Virus record (IMG/VR): IMGVR_UViG_3300010885_047022
Span: 1 to 64,000 of that record
DNA length: 64,000 bases
Strand: one strand, 5' to 3'
Origin: an uncultured virus (IMG/VR IMGVR_UViG_3300010885_047022)
Lineage: Duplodnaviria > Heunggongvirae > Uroviricota > Caudoviricetes
Positions within the stretch are counted from its first letter, which is position 1. The number at the start of each line of letters is the position of its first letter. The notes beneath the pieces were generated by a model. The model saw only the letters and a list, made by a program, of their open reading frames with translations, was not told the DNA's origin and ran no database searches. Positions 26,369-34,259 of this stretch are shown piece after piece. Position numbers and translations under genes: made by a program.

Positions 26369-26777
26369 ATACTAATCCTGGCCAATAGTATTCTAAGTCA
26401 TTTGGTTCGTCAAAATATTGCGAATAATATCCAAAGTCTTTACGAAGAAGATTTGATCTATGAGATCTATGGAATTCTTCATTCCCAAACCAGGCCGGCA
26501 TTACTACACTGCCTGGATCTATCTCTTCATATTGCATATTGTTCTTATATCCCCTATTGACCCATTCTCGAATAGTTATATTTTGATATAACTTTAGAGC
26601 AGATTCATAACCAGTCCACATCAATGTTACCGGATGATTTCTCCAGCCTTTTGTAGGTGTTCTTTCTAGGAGTATATTCAGGACTTGGAATGTTTCAACA
26701 CGTTGCTTTCCAAGACGACGATAATCTAATACTTCTACAGATTTTTTAAAGTCTGCATATGGTATAAATGTCTGCAT
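26358..26777 (-). CDS. Pyrimidine-dimer DNA glycosylase (MSMEG_6728 / DenV-like)
   Basis: MQTF-PY-DF, LD-RLGKQRVE-Q, HPV-MW-G, HRSHRSNLLRKD, YYWP. Confidence 0.9.
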   Translation of the reverse strand: MQTFIPYADFKKSVEVLDYRRLGKQRVETFQVLNILLERTPTKGWRNHPVTLMWTGYESALKLYQNITIREWVNRGYKNNMQYEEIDPGSVVMPAWFGNEEFHRSHRSNLLRKDFGYYSQYFDEPNDLEYYWPGLVYAA

Positions 26778-26778
26778 T

Positions 26779-27177
26779 TTAGTCCTTTTTGAATTCAGTG
26801 AATGTTTTGTCGCCTACGCCAAAGTATTCTCTAGCAAGACCAGACGCTATTATAGCATCATTTAGACACTCTCCGGCTTGATTCCATACTCTTGCTAGCA
26901 CTCTTCCGTACTTTTCATTCTTGTCAATAATTGTTTCTATCTTAACTTTATGATTGGCGGCTGTTAACCACTGATCAGTAAATTCTTTTGCAGCTAGACC
27001 CATTTTCTTTTCTTCAAGATTAGTTGTGCGACTCTCAGGAGTATTTACTCCATAAAGACGAACTCTACCTCTTTTTAGTGTATCGAATCCCAAATCGATA
27101 ACAATATCAAATGTATCGCCATCAATTGTTTTCTTGACCTCTGCGTTGTAGATCCAAGGGTTTAGTTTATCTGTCAT
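26779..27177 (-). CDS. Thermonuclease (SNase-like)
   Basis: IDGDT, DLGF, RVRLYGVNTPE, KYGRVLA. Confidence 0.9.
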   Translation of the reverse strand: MTDKLNPWIYNAEVKKTIDGDTFDIVIDLGFDTLKRGRVRLYGVNTPESRTTNLEEKKMGLAAKEFTDQWLTAANHKVKIETIIDKNEKYGRVLARVWNQAGECLNDAIIASGLAREYFGVGDKTFTEFKKD

Positions 27178-27178
27178 G

Positions 27179-27970
27179 TTAATCTCTTTCTATTCCAATG
27201 TAGTCGCATGCTTTGCGAAATAATGCTTGACTTTCTTTAAATTTAGAATCTGCTTCTCCGCCGACAACTGAAGATTTATGCCAACTGTGCCCGATGGATA
27301 CACTTCCATCATACACCACATTGTAACCTAAGTGTCTGGCAAAGTATGAACACCAGGTTTCCTCATAATAATGAGGGGTAGGGAGAAATGCGCCTGTTAC
27401 CCCTGGATACATCTCTTGATACTTGGGATGGTTTGTTAGTGCATTCCAAACTTCTCTACGGATAAAGTATGCGGAGCCTGAGACCGTAACGCATGGAACT
27501 CTATCTTTGTAAAGATGATCGTCAAAATCGCTTTGTCTCCAACCACGATGAGTTGGAGCTGTATTGGTTCCCACGATTCCGGCGTGCGTTATCAATCCAT
27601 TTTCGTCTCTTTGCTTGGGACCTAGAATATGAATATCTGGATTCTCATCAAAAATTTGTTGAGCTCTTACCATAGAACTACTAGTCATCCATACGTCAGC
27701 ATTTAGTAGTGCAATCACGTCAGACGAGCCTTCAGCTGCCAATTGATTGCAAGCTCCAGAATATCCTATATTATCATTGTGATAGAATTTATTAATTCTA
27801 TATCTTTGATAATTGTATTTTAACCAACTAGCACTGTCGTCTTGCGAACCGTTGTCTGCTATATATAGATTCCAAACCTTAGGAGTATCATGCAGATCAC
27901 TGTGTAAGCAGTCTAGAAACCTATTCAGCAGTGGTCTTGTATTGTAATTAATTACGCATAGGTCTATCAA
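27179..27970 (-). CDS. Glycosyltransferase family 2 (WbbL-like)
   Basis: VINYN, ADNGSQD, NIGY-ACN, LLNAD, VSGS, YYEE. Confidence 0.85.
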   Translation of the reverse strand: MIDLCVINYNTRPLLNRFLDCLHSDLHDTPKVWNLYIADNGSQDDSASWLKYNYQRYRINKFYHNDNIGYSGACNQLAAEGSSDVIALLNADVWMTSSSMVRAQQIFDENPDIHILGPKQRDENGLITHAGIVGTNTAPTHRGWRQSDFDDHLYKDRVPCVTVSGSAYFIRREVWNALTNHPKYQEMYPGVTGAFLPTPHYYEETWCSYFARHLGYNVVYDGSVSIGHSWHKSSVVGGEADSKFKESQALFRKACDYIGIERD

Positions 27971-28221
27971 TTTATTTCTCCAAATTCAATTACCGCATCA
28001 AAAGCGGATGTGGGACTTAATCCGAATTCTACTAAAGACAAGAATTCTTGTTCTATATCAAATAATAAATCGGAGTCATAAAACTCTTTCAATCTATTTT
28101 TATATTGATATACAGTTGGATCTTTTTTCTTGGGTTTTAAAGAATTGATAGATTTATTTCTAGCAATTGAAACGCCCAAAATAAAAGAGCTAATCAAGAA
28201 AGTAATTTTACCATTCTTCAT
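27967..28221 (-). CDS. Hypothetical protein with N-terminal hydrophobic anchor
   Basis: ORF track; start moved to MKNGK. Confidence 0.6.
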   Translation of the reverse strand: MKNGKITFLISSFILGVSIARNKSINSLKPKKKDPTVYQYKNRLKEFYDSDLLFDIEQEFLSLVEFGLSPTSAFDAVIEFGEIN

Positions 28222-28426
28222 ATTCAGTATCTGATTCGTTGTAGTGATTTTCATTAGCTTGAAATCTTATATGATCTGCTATTTCTCTAAATGAATCTGA
28301 ATGTTCATCTTGATGTTCAGTAGCTAAATAATCATATGTTTCAGCTATGTGCATAGCTAGCTCATGGCTAATCACTATTGCAGTTTCCCCTATATTCAAT
28401 TTTACTGAGATTTTTTTCTTACTCAT
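28208..28426 (-). CDS. Small acidic hypothetical protein
   Basis: ORF track; AAGGA SD before MSKKK. Confidence 0.65.
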   Translation of the reverse strand: MSKKKISVKLNIGETAIVISHELAMHIAETYDYLATEHQDEHSDSFREIADHIRFQANENHYNESDTEYEEW

Positions 28427-28640
28427 TTGCTTCCTTGTCATTACTTTCTTGATCATTACTTACTTTATACAAACAGATATTGTCGGTGTCTGGTTCAAAT
28501 GTTACAAAAAATATATTCTTATCCTCCAAAGACATTCCTTCAGGAGGAGGACTATCAAGTGCTATTTTTTTAGATGAACATCCGTAAACTTGACTATGAT
28601 TTTTATATACTACCATATAATTCAGTTTAGCTGCTGGCAT
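28419..28640 (-). CDS. Hypothetical protein
   Basis: ORF track; GAGG SD. Confidence 0.65.
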   Translation of the reverse strand: MPAAKLNYMVVYKNHSQVYGCSSKKIALDSPPPEGMSLEDKNIFFVTFEPDTDNICLYKVSNDQESNDKEANE

Positions 28641-29088
28641 TATTGACCTCGAATAAATTGATTGAACATTCTGATAAAAATTTCTTTACGTTGTCCCAAT
28701 CCTTATAAGATTCATCATATAAGTAATAGACATTTTTTATTGTTGAATTAGCTATTAGTTTAGCGCAAGAAAAACATGGAGGACCATTTATATATATTTT
28801 TTCTGGTCTACTAGAATAATCAGAATGAAGTAATGCATTAGCTTCAGCATGTACTGCTATGCAGTTATCATAGTTAGATCCACTAGGTGACTTTTCTGCT
28901 AGTCTAGGGCAACCGCCATCTTCGCAATGTTTCTTACCTCTAGGTCCACCATTATAGCCTACTCCAACTATATGACCCTGTACATCAACTAACACTGCTG
29001 AATATTTTCTTTTTCCACAAGTAGAAAAAATATTAGCTACGGCAGTACACATCTGCATGTACTGAATGTCTTTTCTTGTAACTGTCAT
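28627..29088 (-). CDS. dCMP deaminase
   Basis: STC, GYNG, VHAEANA, PCFSCAK. Confidence 0.9.
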   Translation of the reverse strand: MTVTRKDIQYMQMCTAVANIFSTCGKRKYSAVLVDVQGHIVGVGYNGGPRGKKHCEDGGCPRLAEKSPSGSNYDNCIAVHAEANALLHSDYSSRPEKIYINGPPCFSCAKLIANSTIKNVYYLYDESYKDWDNVKKFLSECSINLFEVNNASS

Positions 29089-29246
29089 AGAACTAATATA
29101 GCCGCAATTGCTGAAGCGAGTATGGATATTATAATTGTTATTTTCCTATTCTTTGTACTAGTTGCAGATTGAGATATGGACTGCATCGTAAATGCCCAAT
29201 TAATGAATATTACAAATAGAATTATTCTAACTGCATCTATTATCAT
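29085..29246 (-). CDS. Small two-TM protein, 53 aa
   Basis: Read manually: MIIDAVRIILFVIFINWAF...IIISILASAIAAILVL; ATGA overlaps at both ends. Confidence 0.7.
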   Translation of the reverse strand: MIIDAVRIILFVIFINWAFTMQSISQSATSTKNRKITIIISILASAIAAILVL

Positions 29247-29956
29247 GATACACCAGTTAATAGTGGTATTGATACAGGAAATTTATCAATAATTAAATCT
29301 TTAACAGCGCGAGCATAGTCTTGAATTTCTCTTTGGGCGTCTTCTTCAAGGCGTTGATTTAGGAATAGGGCTACTGATTGCAGGCTGCATGACCATCTAT
29401 AAATGACATACATTCCATATGCTGGAAGGAATAGTCTTGCTTGTTCAGCTGCTACACCATTTTGCATTGCCATATTATAAAGAGCTTCTCCCTGTTGAAT
29501 ATAGTCTTCTAATTGTTGAGTCAAAAGCGTTCCAGTCCAAGGGTCAAGGGGTCCTCCGGATCCCTGTTTTTTATTGTCTGGTGCCAGTCTCCATTCTTCT
29601 TGTGATGGAATATAAAATTCAGGTTCAGAAGTTATATATCTTCTACTAGATTCATTCCATGAATCCATAGTATGATCAGATCCAATAACATACTTCCAAT
29701 GCTGACGAGCAACCATTAACGGTGCCTTAATTTCAAAAGTCATAAACGCATGTCTGAAAGGTGACATATGATTTTCTCTTGCTAAATAATCGATTAATCG
29801 TGCATCTCTTGCAGATAAAGTAGTTGATTCTTTAGCGAAAGAAGCTCGTGCGGCATTGGCTACACTAAGATCTGAACCCATTACGTCTACTAATCTTACG
29901 TAACCTTTATCTAAAACTTTTTTAATGGAGGGTTCATTAACTGAATCATATTCCAT
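29243..29956 (-). CDS. thyX: FAD-dependent thymidylate synthase (variant motif)
   Basis: GYVRLVD-MGSD, AARAS, HMSPF, NESSRRY, EQARL-LP, AQREI. Confidence 0.9.
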   Translation of the reverse strand: MEYDSVNEPSIKKVLDKGYVRLVDVMGSDLSVANAARASFAKESTTLSARDARLIDYLARENHMSPFRHAFMTFEIKAPLMVARQHWKYVIGSDHTMDSWNESSRRYITSEPEFYIPSQEEWRLAPDNKKQGSGGPLDPWTGTLLTQQLEDYIQQGEALYNMAMQNGVAAEQARLFLPAYGMYVIYRWSCSLQSVALFLNQRLEEDAQREIQDYARAVKDLIIDKFPVSIPLLTGVS

Positions 29957-30305
29957 TTTCATCTCCTTCATCATCTATGTCAAAATCAGAGTAATATTCT
30001 ACCATACATTCATTAAAATCTTCAGATATTTTATAGAGCGAAGACAATAAACTACTGTAAACGTTATGCCCAGTAGTTATTAATTGTTCTTCTCCATCAA
30101 CTGCATTTATTAGAACTTCAGATATATGGCTCATTGCATCTGATAAAGATTGCTGGATTAAAAGAAGTTCCTTTAATCCAAGTTTTACATCTTTTTCAAA
30201 ATGATCTGACATATCTTTTAATTCATCTGAACTAACAATTTCAGTAAATATTTTTTCAAAATCTTCATTATCAAAGTTTTCTTTTTCAGGCATGGTATTT
30301 GTCAC
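29946..30305 (-). CDS. Acidic hypothetical protein
   Basis: ORF track; GTGA overlap with nrdJ. Confidence 0.65.
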   Translation of the reverse strand: MTNTMPEKENFDNEDFEKIFTEIVSSDELKDMSDHFEKDVKLGLKELLLIQQSLSDAMSHISEVLINAVDGEEQLITTGHNVYSSLLSSLYKISEDFNECMVEYYSDFDIDDEGDENGI

Positions 30306-32236
30306 TTAATTGGACAGGCTCCACCTTCACACTCAAGACTATCTAATAAATCTATATTGCTAGAATCGGCAAAATTAATTCCATCTTTAATTTTGGACTT
30401 TAGTTTATTATATGTGTCCAATGTAATTTCTTCATACGGAGCCATAATAAAACCATGATCACTATGAAGAAGGAATGAAACTGACTTCACTTTATTCTTA
30501 TAGTTTTTCTTCATCCATTCTTGGATTTCAGGAAGTTCTTCTTTACGATAATATACCGTAACACTTACATTATTATCTGCCCAACTTGTTTGAGCGCGGA
30601 CTACCCATTCGAGTTGCTGTATGGCTGTCATTTCTTTTGCCAACGTCGCATGTTCGGGTGTTTCGCATGGGAATTCTACTACGCAAATTGTATGATTTTC
30701 CTTGCCATCTAATCCAATGTCATATTGAACTTTATGACCTTTTTCTCTACAATAATTAACCAACGGATCGTTGCTGCCCATGCGTACGCGGCGAATATAA
30801 TATTGCGCATACGCTGGATGAATACCAGGAGTAACTCCAGCTAAAAGGCTCAATGTGCCACTAGGCTTAACTGTTGTTAACTTAATTGATTTATTAATTT
30901 TGATTTCATTTGACCACTTTTCGTCAACAGCTTTAAGATTCTTATAAGCGTCGTCAACCCAAGACAATTGTTCTTCCGTGGCTTGGAGCCAGCCAGTAAT
31001 ACCTTGACCTAATCTTCTATTTCGCTCAATTACATCTCGGCTCTTTTTGTATGGATAAGCCAATGTTGTAATGGCTTTTTGCGTCTTATAAAGAAGTGCA
31101 CTAACATCAAATAATTCTTCCTTAGAAGAAATATTGGGTAAGAAAATTTCAGCCAGATTACAAGGCTCACCGTCTTCTAAGCCAATTTCCCCACATGGAT
31201 TAGTTCCAATAACTTTATTGTCATTAACTTTTTCGCCAAGTCGACCATTCTTACGAATTAAATTACGGTTAATCAAACCATACGGCTCACCAGATCCATC
31301 ATAACCCTTCCAGAATTCATCAATTATTTCATCATATGAATCTGCGTAAATTGAGTTATTAGAGTTTGCACGCCAAGCTGGAATATCTCCCTTACCCCAA
31401 TTCTTAGCCTTTAAGAAGAGGAAGTCATCAGGATCTCCAATGGCGATTTGAGCAGAACGGCGGGCAGAACCAGCTACCACTATTTTGCCTATTATGTTAG
31501 CGATATCTAGGGCGTCGATGGAACGAATTTTCTTTCCAACTCTAGCATTAAGAATCTCACATATATTTTGAATTCCCTCAATGAGAACTTCAGGGCCTGA
31601 GGCTGTTCCCCCAAATGTCTTGAGAGTAGCGCCATATCCACGAACTAGAATGGTGCTATAAGTAAAGGATTCTCCAGTTTCAAAATAACTCTTGAGAACC
31701 TTACCAAGCAAAGCTGACCAACCGTTGCGTGAATCACCTACAATAAAGTCAGCGTCGTTAGTCTTTTCATGGCGAACATAGCCAACATTTTGTACTTTGG
31801 GGAAATCGTGAACACTAGCTCTTTCGACTGTAAAACCGACTCCACCGCCAACCATTAAATGGTCCATTAAAAACTGAAAATCTTCAACTTTTGAGATTGT
31901 TGTCATCCAACAATTAACCAAAGAAACGCCACTCATTTTTTCTACTAGGGGTGTGCCTAACTGCCACAAGCACCGTCCGGCAAAAATACCTTTAAGATTA
32001 AAAATATAATCAAATAATCTTTCAGCTTCTTCTTTCGTATAATTCGCCCCAATTGCTTGGGCTCCATTGATGCAGCGTTCAATCGTCTCATGCCAGTATT
32101 CTTTACGGCCTAGAGATTCAATGTCTCTTGAATAAGTTCTGCGATAGACTATTTCCCCTAAACCATTAAAGCCCCAAGGTGCTTTTTTATCTGCGTATGA
32201 ATTAACGAATTCTTTTGAAAGAATAATATTTTCCAT
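30302..32236 (-). CDS. nrdJ: Class II (adenosylcobalamin-dependent) ribonucleotide reductase, monomeric RTPR type
   Basis: RTYSR, NCW, GGGVG, TNPCGE, CNLAE, VKPSGT, C-terminal CEGGACPIK. Confidence 0.92.
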   Translation of the reverse strand: MENIILSKEFVNSYADKKAPWGFNGLGEIVYRRTYSRDIESLGRKEYWHETIERCINGAQAIGANYTKEEAERLFDYIFNLKGIFAGRCLWQLGTPLVEKMSGVSLVNCWMTTISKVEDFQFLMDHLMVGGGVGFTVERASVHDFPKVQNVGYVRHEKTNDADFIVGDSRNGWSALLGKVLKSYFETGESFTYSTILVRGYGATLKTFGGTASGPEVLIEGIQNICEILNARVGKKIRSIDALDIANIIGKIVVAGSARRSAQIAIGDPDDFLFLKAKNWGKGDIPAWRANSNNSIYADSYDEIIDEFWKGYDGSGEPYGLINRNLIRKNGRLGEKVNDNKVIGTNPCGEIGLEDGEPCNLAEIFLPNISSKEELFDVSALLYKTQKAITTLAYPYKKSRDVIERNRRLGQGITGWLQATEEQLSWVDDAYKNLKAVDEKWSNEIKINKSIKLTTVKPSGTLSLLAGVTPGIHPAYAQYYIRRVRMGSNDPLVNYCREKGHKVQYDIGLDGKENHTICVVEFPCETPEHATLAKEMTAIQQLEWVVRAQTSWADNNVSVTVYYRKEELPEIQEWMKKNYKNKVKSVSFLLHSDHGFIMAPYEEITLDTYNKLKSKIKDGINFADSSNIDLLDSLECEGGACPIK

Positions 32237-32239
32237 TTG

Positions 32240-32950
32240 TTATGCTCCTATTTTATTTTCTATTTTTCTTATGTATTTAGGGTTTATTTTAGCTATCTCT
32301 GTTGACTTTATTTTGCATATCTGGTCTAACGTATACACCTTATGTATTTGTTTTTCAAAAAAGTATCCGCTTCGCCAGTTGAATACTTTATTGACAAATA
32401 CCTTATGATTCACAAACATATTACATATTACAGCACCGCCATATGCTTTAACAATATTCTTGAATTTATTTTCAATATCCTCACGATTATTATCATTTAT
32501 GCACTCATGGCTTACAGCTGACTCGTATAGCCAGTTGTAAGCTTGTCTAGTCATTGGTGCTATGTCAATTGGCTCTACAATACCAAGTGTTATTATTTTA
32601 TTCCTATTTTTAGATATCTCAAGATCTTCTTTTAGAACATCTATAAATACCTTAAACCAATCGTCTCTATAGAATTGTTTCCATGCGGTACACCAGAATA
32701 GTAAGTTACTGGGTGGATCTGGTATGGGCGTATTTTCTACTAGAGGAAGTATAGTAGCGCAGGCTACTGCTCGTTTAATGTGATCTTTTGCTTCAGTTTC
32801 GTTACTAAATTTGTTCATTGAATTTTTCCATAGGGCAGCAATGTGTTCCGACCAACTTATATCTGCTATGTACAGTTTTAAATACTTTTCTGCGACAGAG
32901 AGTGGAAGGCTATTGGTATTAATAGCTTCTTCTATTTCTTTCATTGACAT
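32240..32950 (-). CDS. Hypothetical protein
   Basis: ORF track; AAGGA SD. Confidence 0.75.
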   Translation of the reverse strand: MSMKEIEEAINTNSLPLSVAEKYLKLYIADISWSEHIAALWKNSMNKFSNETEAKDHIKRAVACATILPLVENTPIPDPPSNLLFWCTAWKQFYRDDWFKVFIDVLKEDLEISKNRNKIITLGIVEPIDIAPMTRQAYNWLYESAVSHECINDNNREDIENKFKNIVKAYGGAVICNMFVNHKVFVNKVFNWRSGYFFEKQIHKVYTLDQICKIKSTEIAKINPKYIRKIENKIGA

Positions 32951-33007
32951 TTAGAATCCTTCATAAGATTGGATAAACAGGTTAAAAGGTATAAAAGGCT
33001 GACATTA

Positions 33008-33039
33008 ATAAGACAACCCCGCCATTAAGGCGGGGCTGC
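33008..33039 (-). terminator. Terminator-like hairpin inside a putative leader
   Basis: GCAGCCCCGCC-TTAAT-GGCGGGGTTGT-CTTATT. Confidence 0.65.
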
Positions 33040-33068
33040 TTATAGTTCTTGCTTCCTGCATGCACACT

Positions 33069-33077
33069 ATTATAGCA
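33069..33077 (-). promoter_or_regulatory. Extended -10 promoter TGCTATAAT
   Basis: Perfect TGnTATAAT; same element at 1594-1602, 5514-5522 and 11382-11390. Confidence 0.7.
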
Positions 33078-33109
33078 TGGGCAGCTGGAGACTTGTATGA
33101 GATTAACAA

Positions 33110-33307
33110 TTATTTGATCGTTGCTGCACTTTCGGGATCGCCAACTTTTGTTGCGACGAGACCTTTAACGACACTTATTGCTGCTGCAACAGCTGCTGTA
33201 GCTGCTGACTTAATTTCGTCAACACCACCAACTGTATAGACTGCAATAAAAGCTTGTGCTGCTGTCCAAATAGCTCTTTCTAAAATATCTTTTTGTAATT
33301 TATTCAT
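33110..33307 (-). CDS. Holin (r1t-like)
   Basis: ERAIWTAAQAFIA...AAAISVVK pattern; two hydrophobic helices. Confidence 0.8.
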   Translation of the reverse strand: MNKLQKDILERAIWTAAQAFIAVYTVGGVDEIKSAATAAVAAAISVVKGLVATKVGDPESAATIK

Positions 33308-33317
33308 AGTACCTACC

Positions 33318-33584
33318 TTAGGAAAAATTCTTTCTAATTAGCTTCTCTATAAGAAGATGAAAAGTTAAACCTAGCCACACTCCTGTGAATATACTTCCTG
33401 TTATTTTATTCTCTGTATGTCTCCAAAAAGCTCTAGTTAATGTTTCGATCTTTTTGGACTTTATGGCATATATATCATATGCTATAATTCCTAAAGCTAG
33501 TCCACCCCAAGCGAAAGTTCCACTCTTTTTATCCTCTTTATCAAGGACTAGGGGAGTACTAAAAAAATTAGAGAGCTTGCGCAG
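33318..33584 (-). CDS. Two-TM membrane protein, 88 aa, probable CTG start
   Basis: Read manually: AWGGLALGIIAYD...ETLTRAF...VWLGLTFHLL; GGAG 6 nt before CTG. Confidence 0.65.
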   Translation of the reverse strand: MRKLSNFFSTPLVLDKEDKKSGTFAWGGLALGIIAYDIYAIKSKKIETLTRAFWRHTENKITGSIFTGVWLGLTFHLLIEKLIRKNFS

Positions 33585-34197
33585 AAGCTACTCCAAACCA
33601 CTGCTTGACTTTTTTGCGACCGTAATCACTCGGATCATTAGCTTGACCAAAGGTAGTTGGGAATGCCTTTACGCTTGCAACGCCATGAAACTCAGTAGGC
33701 TGGAAGAAACCGAAAGACGAGGGAGCTCCCTGCGCTTCCGTTCTTTGACCGTGACCGGTATTACTGAATATGTTGGCGGATGTAACACCGTCGAAAATAT
33801 AATTATTGTAGAACGAGTAAGTAGTAACTCTTCCTGATTCGTGACCAAATATTGACGGGAATGCCTTGGCGCCAGTTAGACCCTTGAATTCCATTGGTCT
33901 AAATCTTGAACCTTCGTAATGTGCACCGTCCTGGAATAAACCAGCTAATGGATGAATGTACAGAGTGGTGCCATTAAACACCTGTGATAGGAATCTATTA
34001 CCAGGACGATTACCAGTACCAGGAATATTATGATTATCAGGAGCGCCATCTAGAACATGGCTTGTGCTATATAACGGATAAAAAGAATAAGTGCCAGTGC
34101 CCTTAGCTTTTCCTGTCATTGATGTATATGGATTGACCATTCCAGCAGTGGTTCTACCCTTTAAAACTGGTCTAGGTCCTACGTAAAAAGTGGCCAT
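33568..34197 (-). CDS. Gly-rich hypothetical (probably virion) protein with internal repeat
   Basis: AAGGAG SD; late-type motif upstream; duplicated EFxG...KAFP..FG. Confidence 0.7.
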   Translation of the reverse strand: MATFYVGPRPVLKGRTTAGMVNPYTSMTGKAKGTGTYSFYPLYSTSHVLDGAPDNHNIPGTGNRPGNRFLSQVFNGTTLYIHPLAGLFQDGAHYEGSRFRPMEFKGLTGAKAFPSIFGHESGRVTTYSFYNNYIFDGVTSANIFSNTGHGQRTEAQGAPSSFGFFQPTEFHGVASVKAFPTTFGQANDPSDYGRKKVKQWFGVASAQAL

Positions 34198-34259
34198 TTA
34201 TTTTCTCCTTATGAAAACTACGTGACTTTATAGTACAGAAAAATTTGCTTTTTTAAACA

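Noticed and set aside
15910..32236. Inteins or introns in dnaE, the helicase, thyX or nrdJ
   Set aside because: Lengths are normal, frames are continuous, and no splicing or homing-endonuclease motifs were seen
32951..33068. Cobalamin riboswitch upstream of the nrdJ operon
   Set aside because: The leader is short and I could not find the B12-box or other conserved core elements
33385..33837. 150-aa plus-strand ORF and the other plus-strand ORFs in the track
   Set aside because: They overlap convincing minus-strand genes and carry no recognisable motifs or expression signals
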